A DNA stretch of 64,000 nt from Candidatus Poribacteria bacterium (GCA_965222225.1 CBDCTK010000002.1:3200001-3264000), one strand, 5' to 3'. Positions 49,414-59,813 are shown, counted from the first letter of the stretch. Numbers and translations: made by a program. The notes: generated from the sequence alone by a model not told the origin.

Positions 49414-49542
49414 ATCACGCATTAGCTTTATGACATGATAAACTACAAGGTTTTCAGCGTTTGGCCGCGGACGTACTACTTATATCAGCACTACTAGCTC
49501 ATTTTTTCTTATAAACATCGCAATTATAGTGGAGATTAGATA

Positions 49543-51834
49543 ATGCCCAAATCATTAATCGTTGTAGAATCGCCTGCCAAGGCAAAAACAATCAATAAGT
49601 TCCTTGGTAGAGATTTTGTTGTGAAAGCCTCTATGGGGCACATTCGTGATTTGCCTTCCAAGGAACTTGGAGTAGATGTGGACAACGAATTTGCTCCCAA
49701 ATATACGCTTATCCGCGGCAAGGGTAAGGTTATAAAGGAGCTTCAGGCGGCAGCCGAAAAAGTTGATTCCATTTACCTAGCAGCCGATCCTGATCGAGAG
49801 GGTGAAGCCATTTGTTGGCATCTCGCCCATGAATTGAGGAAGACGAAGAAACCCGTCTTTCGCATTACCTACAACGAAATCACAAAAGGAGCAATCCAGG
49901 CTGCCGTTGATAATCCTGGAGAAATCAACCAATCACTCTTTGACGCCCAGCAGACGCGGCGGATTCTGGATCGACTGGTCGGCTACCAGATAAGTCCAAT
50001 CCTGTGGCAAAACGTAAAACCGGGACTAAGCGCCGGTCGTGTGCAATCCGTTGCAGTGCGATTGATTTGTGAACGGGAGGAAGAGATTGAAGCTTTTGAA
50101 GCACAAGAGTATTGGACAATTACGGCAACGCTAAAAGGTGAAGATGCTGCACCATTCGGCGCAAAGTTGCTCCAGATTGGTTCGGAGAAAGGGACAATTA
50201 GCACCTATGGCTTTACGATTGATGAAACGCGCGCGCATGAAATTGTTAATGACGCAAAGACAGAGAAATACGTCGTAAAGGAGATCCAGAAACGTGAACG
50301 AAAACGCCGACCTGTTCCGCCGTTTATCACAAGCACATTACAGCAGGAAGCCGCACGAAAACTGAAATTTACGGTGAGGCGTACGATGTCTATCGCCCAG
50401 AAACTTTATGAAGGACTGGAAGTTGGCTCTCAAGGATCCATCGGCTTAATCACTTACATGCGTACGGATTCAACGCGCGTCGCCGACGAAGCGCTCAACG
50501 AGGCTCGCGGATACATTCAGAAGACCTACGGCTCGGAGTATCTTCCGTCGAAGGGGGTTCAGTATAGGAGCAAAAATTCTGCTCAAGATGCGCATGAGGC
50601 AATTCGACCTACATCCGCCGACCGAACACCGGAATCGCTGCGGTCACACCTGAGCTCAGAACAATATCGCCTTTACGATCTTATCTGGAAACGTTTTATC
50701 GCCAGCCAGATGACCCCGGCAGTTTTGGATCAGACAACAATCGACATTTCAGCCGGGGGCTATTTCTTTCGAGCAACAGGCTCTGTTATTAAATTCAATG
50801 GATTCATGGCTGTTTACATGGAAAGCAACGATGAGGTGCCGATACAGAATAGAGGAAATAGTGACGAAGAGGCTATACTGCCGCCGGTCAAGGTTGGCCA
50901 AGTGCTATCCCTGCTTAAGCTGGATCCCAAGCAGCATTTCACGCAGCCACCACCCCGCTATACCGAAGCAACGCTCGTCAAGGAACTCGAAGCTAAGGAG
51001 ATTGGTCGTCCTAGCACTTATGCGGCAATTATCTCCACAATTCAAGATCGCGAGTATGTCGTCAAGGAAAAAGGCAGTTTTATGTCAACCGATATTGGCA
51101 AACTCGTTAACCAACTGTTGATTAAGGGTTTCCCCAATATTCTTGAGGTTCAGTTCACCGCAAAAATGGAAGAACTGCTTGATACCATTGCCGATGGAAA
51201 AGTGGACTGGGTTAAGGTTATGAGGGATTTTTATCAACCATTTCTTCTGTCTTTGGCAGCCGCTCCCGACAAGATGTACAAAGCTCGCAAAGACATGGAG
51301 GAGGAGTCGGAGGAGATTTGCGAAAAGTGCGGAAGTAATATGATTGTTAAATGGGGCAGATATAGTCGTTTTCTCGGTTGCTCAAACTATCCTGAATGCA
51401 GAAATACCAAATCTTTGGAGGCTGAATCAGCGCAACCTGCCGAGCCTGAAGAGACGGATGAGGTTTGTGACAAATGTCAGAAGCCGATGGTTATCAGAAC
51501 CAGTCGCTCCGGCGGTAAATTCCTCGCGTGCACAGGATACCCGAAATGCAAGAATGCGAAACCGATTAACATTGGAATCGACTGTCCGGAGCCGGGTTGT
51601 GACGGATATCTCGGCGAACGGCACAGTCGCCGCGGGAAGCCGTTTTACGGTTGTAGCAACTATCCCGACTGCGATTTCGCCGTCTGGGATAAACCGCTTC
51701 CACAGAAATGCCCAGACTGTAACGCTCCGTTCATACTTGAGAAGACGACGAAAGCCAAGGGAAAGCATCTCGCATGTTACAATAAAGAATGTAGCTACAC
51801 GCAATCGTTGGGCGATCCGGAGTCTGACGAATAG
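49543..51834 (+). CDS. topA: DNA topoisomerase I
   Basis: VVESPAKAKTI, DPDREGE, SAGRVQS, ITYMRTDS, QDAHEAIRPT, C-terminal Zn ribbons. Confidence 0.97.
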   Translation: MPKSLIVVESPAKAKTINKFLGRDFVVKASMGHIRDLPSKELGVDVDNEFAPKYTLIRGKGKVIKELQAAAEKVDSIYLAADPDREGEAICWHLAHELRKTKKPVFRITYNEITKGAIQAAVDNPGEINQSLFDAQQTRRILDRLVGYQISPILWQNVKPGLSAGRVQSVAVRLICEREEEIEAFEAQEYWTITATLKGEDAAPFGAKLLQIGSEKGTISTYGFTIDETRAHEIVNDAKTEKYVVKEIQKRERKRRPVPPFITSTLQQEAARKLKFTVRRTMSIAQKLYEGLEVGSQGSIGLITYMRTDSTRVADEALNEARGYIQKTYGSEYLPSKGVQYRSKNSAQDAHEAIRPTSADRTPESLRSHLSSEQYRLYDLIWKRFIASQMTPAVLDQTTIDISAGGYFFRATGSVIKFNGFMAVYMESNDEVPIQNRGNSDEEAILPPVKVGQVLSLLKLDPKQHFTQPPPRYTEATLVKELEAKEIGRPSTYAAIISTIQDREYVVKEKGSFMSTDIGKLVNQLLIKGFPNILEVQFTAKMEELLDTIADGKVDWVKVMRDFYQPFLLSLAAAPDKMYKARKDMEEESEEICEKCGSNMIVKWGRYSRFLGCSNYPECRNTKSLEAESAQPAEPEETDEVCDKCQKPMVIRTSRSGGKFLACTGYPKCKNAKPINIGIDCPEPGCDGYLGERHSRRGKPFYGCSNYPDCDFAVWDKPLPQKCPDCNAPFILEKTTKAKGKHLACYNKECSYTQSLGDPESDE

Positions 51835-51899
51835 CGGCTCATGAGCAGCTTTTCACGTTGCGCTTGGCGTCGGAAGGTGAAAATTGAAGAAGGTAGAAC

Positions 51900-51934
51900 G
51901 AAACCGAGTTTCTCCTTGGAAGCTCGGTTTCTTT
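51900..51934 (+). terminator. Probable terminator after topA
   Basis: GAAACCGAGTTTC...GAAGCTCGGTTTC followed by TTT. Confidence 0.55.
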
Positions 51935-52080
51935 AACTGCCGGTCTGAAGCAGGTACTCATGATTATGCCGCGAACTCGACCTGCAAACCTCCGCTGCTA
52001 GCTATGTCAACCCCTAATAAATAGTGCACGACCGCATCTAAAATGCGTTAACTTCACTTGTACTCAAAAGCGGTGTTCAC

Positions 52081-53805
52081 GTGACAAACGACCAAATCGG
52101 CACAGTATTCCTCAATATCGGACATCTCCTCCAAATTCAGGGTGAAGACTCCTACCGCGCAAGAATTTACGAGCGCGCGGCAGATACGATTGAAAATCTT
52201 GATGTCGATCTCGCTCAACTGGCAGAGGAAGGCAGACTTCAATCAATTCCCGGCATCGGCAAAGCCATTGAGGGAAAAATTGTCGAAATGCTGGAGACCG
52301 GTCAATGCCGTTTCTATGAAGCCTTGATTGCGGAAATGGGAGAGGAAGTGCTCGACCTGCTGCGAATTCGGGGTGTTGGGGTAAAAACGTCATCAAGGTT
52401 TTACAACGAACTCGGCGTGAGAAATTTTCAAGATTTGCGGGCAGCAATTGATGGCGGCAAATTCAAGCTACTAAAGGGTATCGGTTCAAAGACCATCGCT
52501 CAGATTGATGAAGGCTTGCGTTTCCTTGAAATCCAAGACGGCATGCGCCCACTCTGGCGAATCTTGCCGATTGCACAAGCAATTATTCAAATATTGAGGG
52601 ACGCGCCCGAGATAGCGCGAGTGGACTTTACGGGTGAGATGCGGCGGCACGAAGAGATGCTTAATCAACTTGAGCTAACAGTTGAGTGCACCTCCCCCAC
52701 GATAATTGTCGAGGCGCTTTCCAAGGTTGGTGGCGTGAAGGAGTTTGAATCCAAAGAAAGCACTATCTCCGGGGGACAGTGCATTAAGGCATCCGTCGAC
52801 GATGGGTTCCCGCTCCGTGTTCACGCATTCGGTAGCGAGGAATACGAAGCAGGACTGCTGATAACAACCGCTACCGCTGAACACCTAGCGGCATTCGATC
52901 GGATTGTGGGAACGCACAATCGGGAGAAGAGCGAAGGGCGTTTGCCGGATTGGATGAGGGGCAAAACAGAGTCTTCAATCTATGATGCAGTCGCTTTACC
53001 CTTTATCCTTCCGGAATTGCGGCGAGACGAGGACTCAATTGAGGTGGCTGCCGCCGGGGCGCTGCCAACCCTGATTGAATTAATCGACATTCGCGGAGAT
53101 TTGCACACGCACACCGAGTGGAGCGATGGCAGGCACTCGATACGCGAAATGGTGGAAGCCGCAAAAGCATGTGGACACGAGTACATTGCCATTACCGACC
53201 ATTCGGTGTCATCGCGCGTGGCAAACGGATTAACCCCCGATCGGCTACTGGCGCACATGAATGAGGTTCGAAGCATAAACAAAGAAGTGAGTGGCATTGA
53301 GGTTCTCGCAGGTTCCGAAGTGGACATCCAAAATGATGGAAGCCTCGACTTTACCGACGATGTTCTGGCACAACTTGATATCGTAGTCGCTAGTGTGCAC
53401 GCCGGATTTAACATGAGCGAAGCGGAAATGACGAAGCGAATGATTTGTGCAATCGAGAATCCGTTCGTTAACATCATCGGACACCCTACAGGTCGATTGC
53501 TTGGTCGACGCCCCGGATACGCATTAAACCTTGATGCGGTAATTCAAGCGGCGGCTGAACACCATGTCGTCTTGGAAATCAATTCCTCTCCAAACCGACT
53601 GGACTTGGAGCCGGACATGGCAAGAAAGGCAAATGAAGCAGGCGTGCTATTGACGATGAACACCGATGCCCACGCAGTGCCTCAGCTTCAACAAAGCCGT
53701 TTTGGAATCAACGTTGCGCGTCGCGCATGGCTAACAAAAGACGCGGTCATCAACACATATTCGCTGGACGCCTTGCATAAACTATTGCAAGTCCGAAATG
53801 CGTAA
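52081..53805 (+). CDS. polX: PolX/PHP family protein
   Basis: HhH motifs IPGIGKAI and IRGVGVK; PHP motifs DLHTHTEWSDG, ITDHS, GHPTGR, NTDAH. Confidence 0.9.
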   Translation: MTNDQIGTVFLNIGHLLQIQGEDSYRARIYERAADTIENLDVDLAQLAEEGRLQSIPGIGKAIEGKIVEMLETGQCRFYEALIAEMGEEVLDLLRIRGVGVKTSSRFYNELGVRNFQDLRAAIDGGKFKLLKGIGSKTIAQIDEGLRFLEIQDGMRPLWRILPIAQAIIQILRDAPEIARVDFTGEMRRHEEMLNQLELTVECTSPTIIVEALSKVGGVKEFESKESTISGGQCIKASVDDGFPLRVHAFGSEEYEAGLLITTATAEHLAAFDRIVGTHNREKSEGRLPDWMRGKTESSIYDAVALPFILPELRRDEDSIEVAAAGALPTLIELIDIRGDLHTHTEWSDGRHSIREMVEAAKACGHEYIAITDHSVSSRVANGLTPDRLLAHMNEVRSINKEVSGIEVLAGSEVDIQNDGSLDFTDDVLAQLDIVVASVHAGFNMSEAEMTKRMICAIENPFVNIIGHPTGRLLGRRPGYALNLDAVIQAAAEHHVVLEINSSPNRLDLEPDMARKANEAGVLLTMNTDAHAVPQLQQSRFGINVARRAWLTKDAVINTYSLDALHKLLQVRNA

Positions 53806-53926
53806 CTCTCCTCTCGCATGAATCCAAACAATTTGACTCTCCGCACGTTAAATTATATGGCGCAACCGTTCGCTACGCGCCTATCCATAGAATTCTGAAT
53901 GAATAGTCACAAAATCGGGGATACCC

Positions 53927-55759
53927 ATGAAGATCCAAATAGACAACCAAATCTACGATATTGACGAAGAAATCTTGCGCCTCTGGTTGCGAGTTGGGTC
54001 TATCCCTGTTGAAACTTTCGTTTTCTCAGAGACGCTCACGGATGGCAAGTGGGTGCCGATTCACGAACTAGGCTGGAATAACGAGCAGAATTGGGCACAA
54101 GCTGCCGACGAACCGCATCCATTTAGGCGAGAGTTCGAGAAGGAGAGGCAATTTCTTTCCTATCAAAGACGGATGCCGATTGTTACCCTTGCTCTGATAA
54201 CCCTGAATACAATCGCCTTTATCTTGTTAGACCAATTTGTTGGGCGTTCACAGGACGTAGCGAACCTTATCCGGTTTGGAGCGTATTCCTACCCCTTAAT
54301 AGTCGAGAATGGGGAATACTGGCGGCTGATTACGAACACCTTCCTGCACATCGGGAGTTTTCATTTCCTTCTTAACATGGGAATCCTATTCATACTAGGA
54401 AACCTGCTTGAAGGGTTGTACGGAAGGTCACGTTTTATCATTCTCTATTTGATTTCAGCCATTGGAGGCAGTTTGGCGAGCCTGATTTTTGTCCGAGTCG
54501 CCATTGGAGCGGGCGCTTCCGGCGCGATTTTCGGCCTCATGGGCGTGGTCGTCGCTCTCGGATTGCGCCATCAAGACCGCCTGCCGTTACGGCGAGGACG
54601 AGTCTTTGGAATGCGTCTGCTGCCTTTCATTGCGCTTGATGTTGTTCTCGGTTTTGTCATTCCTCACATTAACATCGCCGCCCATATCGGGGGGTTGGGG
54701 GTCGGATTCGCCACAGGCTTGATTTTGTCGCCGGCTATATACGCCGATGGCGAACGCGAGAGCTACGGCGTGAAAGCGATTGCGGCGGTATTCGTTGGCT
54801 TGACAGTTCTGAGCGGCGCTGTGACGATACAACGATTCTTTAATCCTTCCCAAATTGCCGAAAGGCGTGCGAATGACGGTTTTCGGTCATTGCCATCTTC
54901 TGCCGAACTTCCAGAGTACATTGAGCGTGTCGAGCAGATGTTGCGTAATCGCGATTACACACGAGAATCGTACAGTCTCCTTGCGGGACTCTACTGGGAG
55001 GCGCTACGTACCGATCCGGAGAATTCGTCTTGGGTTCAAAAACTTAGGGGATTTTATGAGCGAGCGCTCCTTGAAGAGCCCAACTACTCGAATTGGAATG
55101 ACGGTCTTCTGAGATTATATCTGTATCAAGCCGAGGTTGTGGGACGGAAGAACGAGACGGAAAACCTCTCAGACTACACTGGACTATGCGAGAAGGTCAT
55201 ACGCAAGAAAGGCTACCATCAAATCCTGTGTCGGAATCTGGAGTATTTCTACACACGTGGAAAATCCTTGAACCCCGATCAGATTTCCGACTGGGATGCG
55301 GAACTTGAAAAACTGTATCGGGAAGCCATCGTCGGTGACCCCGAGTACGCAAATTGGTACAATAACCTCGCGTGGCTCTATGTTGAACAGGGAGAGAATT
55401 CTGGACAGGCGGTTGAATTGGCACGGCAGGCAGTCAAACTCGATTCCAAAAACTCAACAATGCTGGACACACTCGCGTGGGCGTACCTGCAAAATGGTCA
55501 ATTTCGAAAATCTCTGAGAACCTACGAGCAAGTGCTTTCAATCCGTTCCGACTCCGACGAAAATAAGCTTGCGAGAGAGAGTAGCTGGAACGGCGTGAAC
55601 GAGTGGGTACAGACGGGAGTTTCGCCGTCAAAATCGGAGGAACACGTTCAAGTCTTTGAGAAATTCTACTCCTACATGTCCCGCCAATTCACTAATCGTC
55701 CGGAGGAACAGGCAAAGCTGGATGTCGCCTTCGAGAAATTCCAAGCGAATTATTATTAG
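53927..55759 (+). CDS. Rhomboid intramembrane protease fused to a TPR region
   Basis: WRLIT..FLH, GASGAIFG, AHIGG; C-terminal NNLAW...LDTLAWAY TPRs. Confidence 0.85.
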   Translation: MKIQIDNQIYDIDEEILRLWLRVGSIPVETFVFSETLTDGKWVPIHELGWNNEQNWAQAADEPHPFRREFEKERQFLSYQRRMPIVTLALITLNTIAFILLDQFVGRSQDVANLIRFGAYSYPLIVENGEYWRLITNTFLHIGSFHFLLNMGILFILGNLLEGLYGRSRFIILYLISAIGGSLASLIFVRVAIGAGASGAIFGLMGVVVALGLRHQDRLPLRRGRVFGMRLLPFIALDVVLGFVIPHINIAAHIGGLGVGFATGLILSPAIYADGERESYGVKAIAAVFVGLTVLSGAVTIQRFFNPSQIAERRANDGFRSLPSSAELPEYIERVEQMLRNRDYTRESYSLLAGLYWEALRTDPENSSWVQKLRGFYERALLEEPNYSNWNDGLLRLYLYQAEVVGRKNETENLSDYTGLCEKVIRKKGYHQILCRNLEYFYTRGKSLNPDQISDWDAELEKLYREAIVGDPEYANWYNNLAWLYVEQGENSGQAVELARQAVKLDSKNSTMLDTLAWAYLQNGQFRKSLRTYEQVLSIRSDSDENKLARESSWNGVNEWVQTGVSPSKSEEHVQVFEKFYSYMSRQFTNRPEEQAKLDVAFEKFQANYY

Positions 55760-55867
55760 TTCAGGATTTTCGCACTCTCGCTTGTTATTGGAGGGCACCT
55801 ATCCCTGGAAGAAATCGTCGAACAACGAGATTTTGAGGCGTCACGCCGCAAGTCAAAAAAACACCTT

Positions 55868-56347
55868 ATGAAAAACTTAACACATTTCGACGAGGAAGGA
55901 CACGCGCGAATGGTTGATGTCACCCCCAAGCCGGAGACCAAGCGCATTGCGATAGCCTGCGGGCATGTAACTGCCAAACCGGACACGATTCGCTTGATTG
56001 CCGATCGAGGTTTCAAGAAAGGGGACGTCCTTGAAGTGGCGCGTCTAGCTGGCATCATGGCGGCAAAGCGAACGGGCGATCTCATCCCGCTGTGCCATCC
56101 GCTAACACTTACCTCCGTCAAAGTTGACCTCTCCATTAACAACGCTGAAAACCGGGTTGAAATTGAAGCCGAGGTGCAAACGCTTGGACGCACAGGCGTG
56201 GAGATGGAAGCTCTCACTGCGGTTGCCGTTGCCGGTTTAACCGTCTACGATATGTGTAAAGCCGTTGACCGAGAGATGGTCGTTTCTGAAATACGACTAC
56301 GTAAAAAGATGGGTGGCAAGAGCGGTACATTCGAACGACGCGAATAG
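55868..56347 (+). CDS. moaC: Cyclic pyranopterin monophosphate synthase
   Basis: LTHFD..G.ARMVDV, LIPLCHPL, TGVEMEAL, YDMCKAVD. Confidence 0.96.
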   Translation: MKNLTHFDEEGHARMVDVTPKPETKRIAIACGHVTAKPDTIRLIADRGFKKGDVLEVARLAGIMAAKRTGDLIPLCHPLTLTSVKVDLSINNAENRVEIEAEVQTLGRTGVEMEALTAVAVAGLTVYDMCKAVDREMVVSEIRLRKKMGGKSGTFERRE

Positions 56348-56460
56348 TCAACTGTGTGGAAAACCCGCATTCGCACTATTAAACCATACAGTTGCGATAA
56401 ATCTCGCCGTTGGTCTTTCGCTAGCGCGGATACCTAGCTATCTCCCTTCGCAGGTCAATC

Positions 56461-56859
56461 TCATCGAAGAGTATTCCAAGGCGACTCATCACCGACTTCT
56501 ACTAACTGATATCCTTCATCCCCGCTGCACGGTCCCAAAGTAACAAACAGTTTCGCCGGTGCCGATGAAATGTTGAATGATGCATGCACGACATCCGCCG
56601 GAATGAATACCGAATCGCCTGCGTTCAACTCCTGTCGCCGATCTTCCAACCACTGTTCGATGCTCCCCTTTATAACGTAAATAACCTCCTCCTGAGCCGG
56701 ATGTTTGTGAAAATTGTGGCCGCCACCGGGCATAAGATTAACCTCAATTGCCACAAGATCTTTTGCTCCGGTTGTTTGAGGACGACTTAACCACGTCATC
56801 GTTCCCCAGTCCAGTTCGTCCCGCTCGGCTTCGGATGCCGCGACGAATTTTCCCTGCAT
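56461..56859 (-). CDS. Cupin domain protein
   Basis: HNFHKHPAQEEVIYV...GDSVFIPADVVH. Confidence 0.85.
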   Translation of the reverse strand: MQGKFVAASEAERDELDWGTMTWLSRPQTTGAKDLVAIEVNLMPGGGHNFHKHPAQEEVIYVIKGSIEQWLEDRRQELNAGDSVFIPADVVHASFNISSAPAKLFVTLGPCSGDEGYQLVEVGDESPWNTLR

Positions 56860-57015
56860 AACATAGTCTCCTTGGTCGTTTTCGTTACCATTGGTACGTA
56901 CGAAAAATGCTCTTCATATCTTTAATTTTGGTAGCTTCCCACACGGCGGATTATATCACGATCAATCGATGGCGTCAATTGCTGAATACAGAGCAATCGC
57001 ATCTGATTGTAGGCG

Positions 57016-57081
57016 ATTCAATGAGCGAATAGATCAATCAAACGAATAGCGCGCGCGATAGTAATCCTGCGATAGAGATCC
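57016..57081 (+). mobile_element. Nested, degenerate micro-element pair
   Basis: ATTCA AT GA GC GAATA G[ATCAA TC AA AC GAATA GC GC GC GCGATAG TAATCC]T GCGATAG AGATCC. Confidence 0.6.
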
Positions 57082-57393
57082 TTCTGAGATATCGATCGAT
57101 AGTCTCCAAATCGTCGATTGCCCACTTGTAACGGATACCGCCCTCGCCAATCTTCAAAGATTGCACGCCGTTCAGTCGGGATAGCTTACAATCATGAGAC
57201 GGCACAGGCGCCGTCCCCCACAATCAGGTGTGATTGCCCTTGTATGCCTAATTCGCTTGCATCGGATGCGGCTGCACGTTATAATATCAATCACTGTGCC
57301 CATGACACATAGCGAGTGGATGGCTTGCGTGCGACTGACGCAGCAGACTATATCATACGATATCCGAAATTCCGTGTTGCAGACTAATTCCGA

Positions 57394-58236
57394 TTGGTGA
57401 TGACACTTATACTGGAAGAGCGTTCCGGCTCCGAGCTATCTATTATGGATGACGAGGCGCCGATTCTTACATATCACCACGGACATGAACTCCACAAGCC
57501 GTATTTTCATCCCATCTACAGTCCTAACGGATTAATTGTCACAGATGATGCTCCCGACGATTGTCCCTATCACCACGGTTTGTGTTTCGCGTGGGAGAAT
57601 GTGGATGGGATTAACTATTGTCGAGAAACCGACTGCGATGAATCGGATCGTGGGCGGATTGTGCATCGAGAGTTTCGCGACAAGGGCGTCAATGGACACA
57701 TCGCACATTTCACAGTTGTCAATGACTGGGTCACCCCCGATAATTCCAAACCAATTGAGGAACTCTGTCGGATTGAGGTTCATCAACCGCAGGAAGATCG
57801 ACAACTGATAGATTTACAATTTAATTTTTGCGCTCAATCTCGGAACGTTTCAATCAGCCCTTCTCCCGAATCCCAAGGTCTTTGCTTTCGCGGTACAGAG
57901 ATGGAATATCGGAAGGTTACGAATTCCGAATATTCTATCGGTCAATCCGAGGTAAGCGGGAAAACGGGCAAATGGTGTTCGCTCAACGGTGTCCTTTCAG
58001 ATGAGGCGATTGGAGCGGTCATCTTCGACCACCCGTCAAATTTGGGACATCCAACCCCTTTTCTCGCACTGGATGACACAATCGGATTTATCTCTACAAC
58101 CTTTGCCTATGCCAAACCGTACACCATTGCGGCGGGTGAAACACTGTCGCTCCAATACCGGATAGTAGTTTACCTGGGAGATCTTTTTACGTTCGATTTG
58201 TGGAAGTGCTATGACGAGTATGCAAAACAGGGGTGA
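57394..58236 (+). CDS. DUF6807/'PmoA-like' family protein
   Basis: KPYFHPI, DDAPDDCPYHHGL, IFDHPSNLGHP; overlaps the start of the pantoate kinase gene. Confidence 0.7.
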   Translation: MVMTLILEERSGSELSIMDDEAPILTYHHGHELHKPYFHPIYSPNGLIVTDDAPDDCPYHHGLCFAWENVDGINYCRETDCDESDRGRIVHREFRDKGVNGHIAHFTVVNDWVTPDNSKPIEELCRIEVHQPQEDRQLIDLQFNFCAQSRNVSISPSPESQGLCFRGTEMEYRKVTNSEYSIGQSEVSGKTGKWCSLNGVLSDEAIGAVIFDHPSNLGHPTPFLALDDTIGFISTTFAYAKPYTIAAGETLSLQYRIVVYLGDLFTFDLWKCYDEYAKQG

Positions 58237-59072
58237 AAATGGATCGAGTCAGTGCATTTGCGCCTGGCAACATTTCAGGTGTATTCAAAATCATTTACCA
58301 TGAAGATGCCACTAAGATGCACTCGCTCGGCACGGGATTCACGGTCAAGGAAGGGGTAGTTGCCACGGTTTCCGGGGACAGTCGGACGGCCGTCCTGTTT
58401 AATGAAGAGAAGATTCGTTTCCCAACGGTTTCAGCCGTTGTCCGGGAATTGACATCACAACCGATACGGATAGAAATTTCCTCTCTGCTGCCGCTAGGGT
58501 GTGGATTTGGTCTAAGTGGCGCATCGGCGCTTGCTGCCGCATACGCGGTGAATGCTCTATTGAGCTTGGGCAAATCTGAATCGGAATTGGCGATGATTGC
58601 GCACGTCGCTGAAGTGGAGAATCGCACCGGATTGGGCGATGTATGCGCGCAATATCATGGTGGTTGTCTCGTTAAACTGAGAGAGGGCCACCCATTGGAT
58701 GCCCAACAGTTGCCTGTTCAAGAACAGCCGATTTTCTACAGATACTTTAGCCCAATCCAGACCAAAAAAGTTCTTGATAATGTCGAACAACGCGCGCGTA
58801 TAAACAACGCGGCGGATGAAGCGCTGGAATGTTTGGAAGAATTCACGAGATCGAACGCGGTTGATTTCAGCACCTACGTTCGCGTATCCAAGACATTCGC
58901 CATCAATAGTGGACTGTTAACAGACGCAAACGTCCAACGAACTATTGAAGAAATTGAAGGTAACAAAGGGGTTGCATCAATGATTATGTTGGGTAATGCA
59001 GTATTTGGTACCCATTCCTTTGAAGGTGCCGAAGTGACAACACTGGCTAAACACAGGGCGAAAATATTGTAA
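58233..59072 (+). CDS. Archaeal-type pantoate kinase (GHMP family)
   Basis: AFAPGNISGVF, PLGCGFGLSGA, AHVAEVENRTGLGDV, ASMIMLGNAVF. Confidence 0.85.
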   Translation: MKMDRVSAFAPGNISGVFKIIYHEDATKMHSLGTGFTVKEGVVATVSGDSRTAVLFNEEKIRFPTVSAVVRELTSQPIRIEISSLLPLGCGFGLSGASALAAAYAVNALLSLGKSESELAMIAHVAEVENRTGLGDVCAQYHGGCLVKLREGHPLDAQQLPVQEQPIFYRYFSPIQTKKVLDNVEQRARINNAADEALECLEEFTRSNAVDFSTYVRVSKTFAINSGLLTDANVQRTIEEIEGNKGVASMIMLGNAVFGTHSFEGAEVTTLAKHRAKIL

Positions 59073-59813
59073 ATGACGGATGTCTCCGAAAGCCACCCCC
59101 GGTATGTGTCCTTGAGAATCCGAGATGTGATGGCGGCTGGAGTGGAACGTGGAATCACTTCAGTCCACGGTCTGATTGCTCATGGTCGCGGGGAAGCCTT
59201 TGACTACCTTATCGGGGAGAGAACACAGTCGTTCGCTAAGGAAGCGATACACGCATCAGCGGCGATGCTCCTTCTGGCGAAGGAGCCGGTGATTTCTGTA
59301 AACGGCAATACAGCAGCGCTTGTACCCCATAATTTGGTCGAATTGGGTAAAATTCTCAATGCACCGTTGGAAGTAAATATCTTTCACGCATCGGTGTCTC
59401 GCGAACAGGTGATACAGCGCCATCTCCTTAAAAACGGCGCGGTTGAGGTGTTAATGCCTACTAAGGAGGTACAGCTTTCGTACATCGACTCGAACCGAAA
59501 ATTCGTTCATCCGGACGGCATTTTTAAGGCCGATGTTGTGTTCGTGCCATTGGAAGATGGCGATCGCTGCGAAGCGCTGCGAAAGATGGGAAAAGAGGTC
59601 GTGACGGTAGACCTGAACCCGATGTCGCGAACGGCGAAAAAAGCAAGTGTAACCATCGTCGATAATGTAGTGCGAGTTTTGCCGGCACTCATTCAGGAAA
59701 TTCAGACTCTAAGAAAATCGGCACCACCGGTTTTGCAAGAAATCGTGTCTGGATATCGTAACGAAAGCGTTCTGGATTCCGCCCTTGAATGGATTCGTAG
59801 AAAGCAAGAATAA
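59073..59813 (+). CDS. Archaeal-type phosphopantothenate synthetase (4-phosphopantoate-beta-alanine ligase)
   Basis: SHPRYVSL, GLIAHGRGEAFDYLIGERT, ISVNGN, VPLEDGDR, VDLNPMSRTA. Confidence 0.9.
   Translation: MTDVSESHPRYVSLRIRDVMAAGVERGITSVHGLIAHGRGEAFDYLIGERTQSFAKEAIHASAAMLLLAKEPVISVNGNTAALVPHNLVELGKILNAPLEVNIFHASVSREQVIQRHLLKNGAVEVLMPTKEVQLSYIDSNRKFVHPDGIFKADVVFVPLEDGDRCEALRKMGKEVVTVDLNPMSRTAKKASVTIVDNVVRVLPALIQEIQTLRKSAPPVLQEIVSGYRNESVLDSALEWIRRKQE

Noticed and set aside
1964-57081. Micro-element as an integron attC site or a DGR variable repeat
   Set aside because: It has no RYYYAAC/GTTRRRY ends, is shorter than attC and is not placed after cassette ORFs. The variation is paired rather than adenine-specific, and no RT or template repeat is seen.
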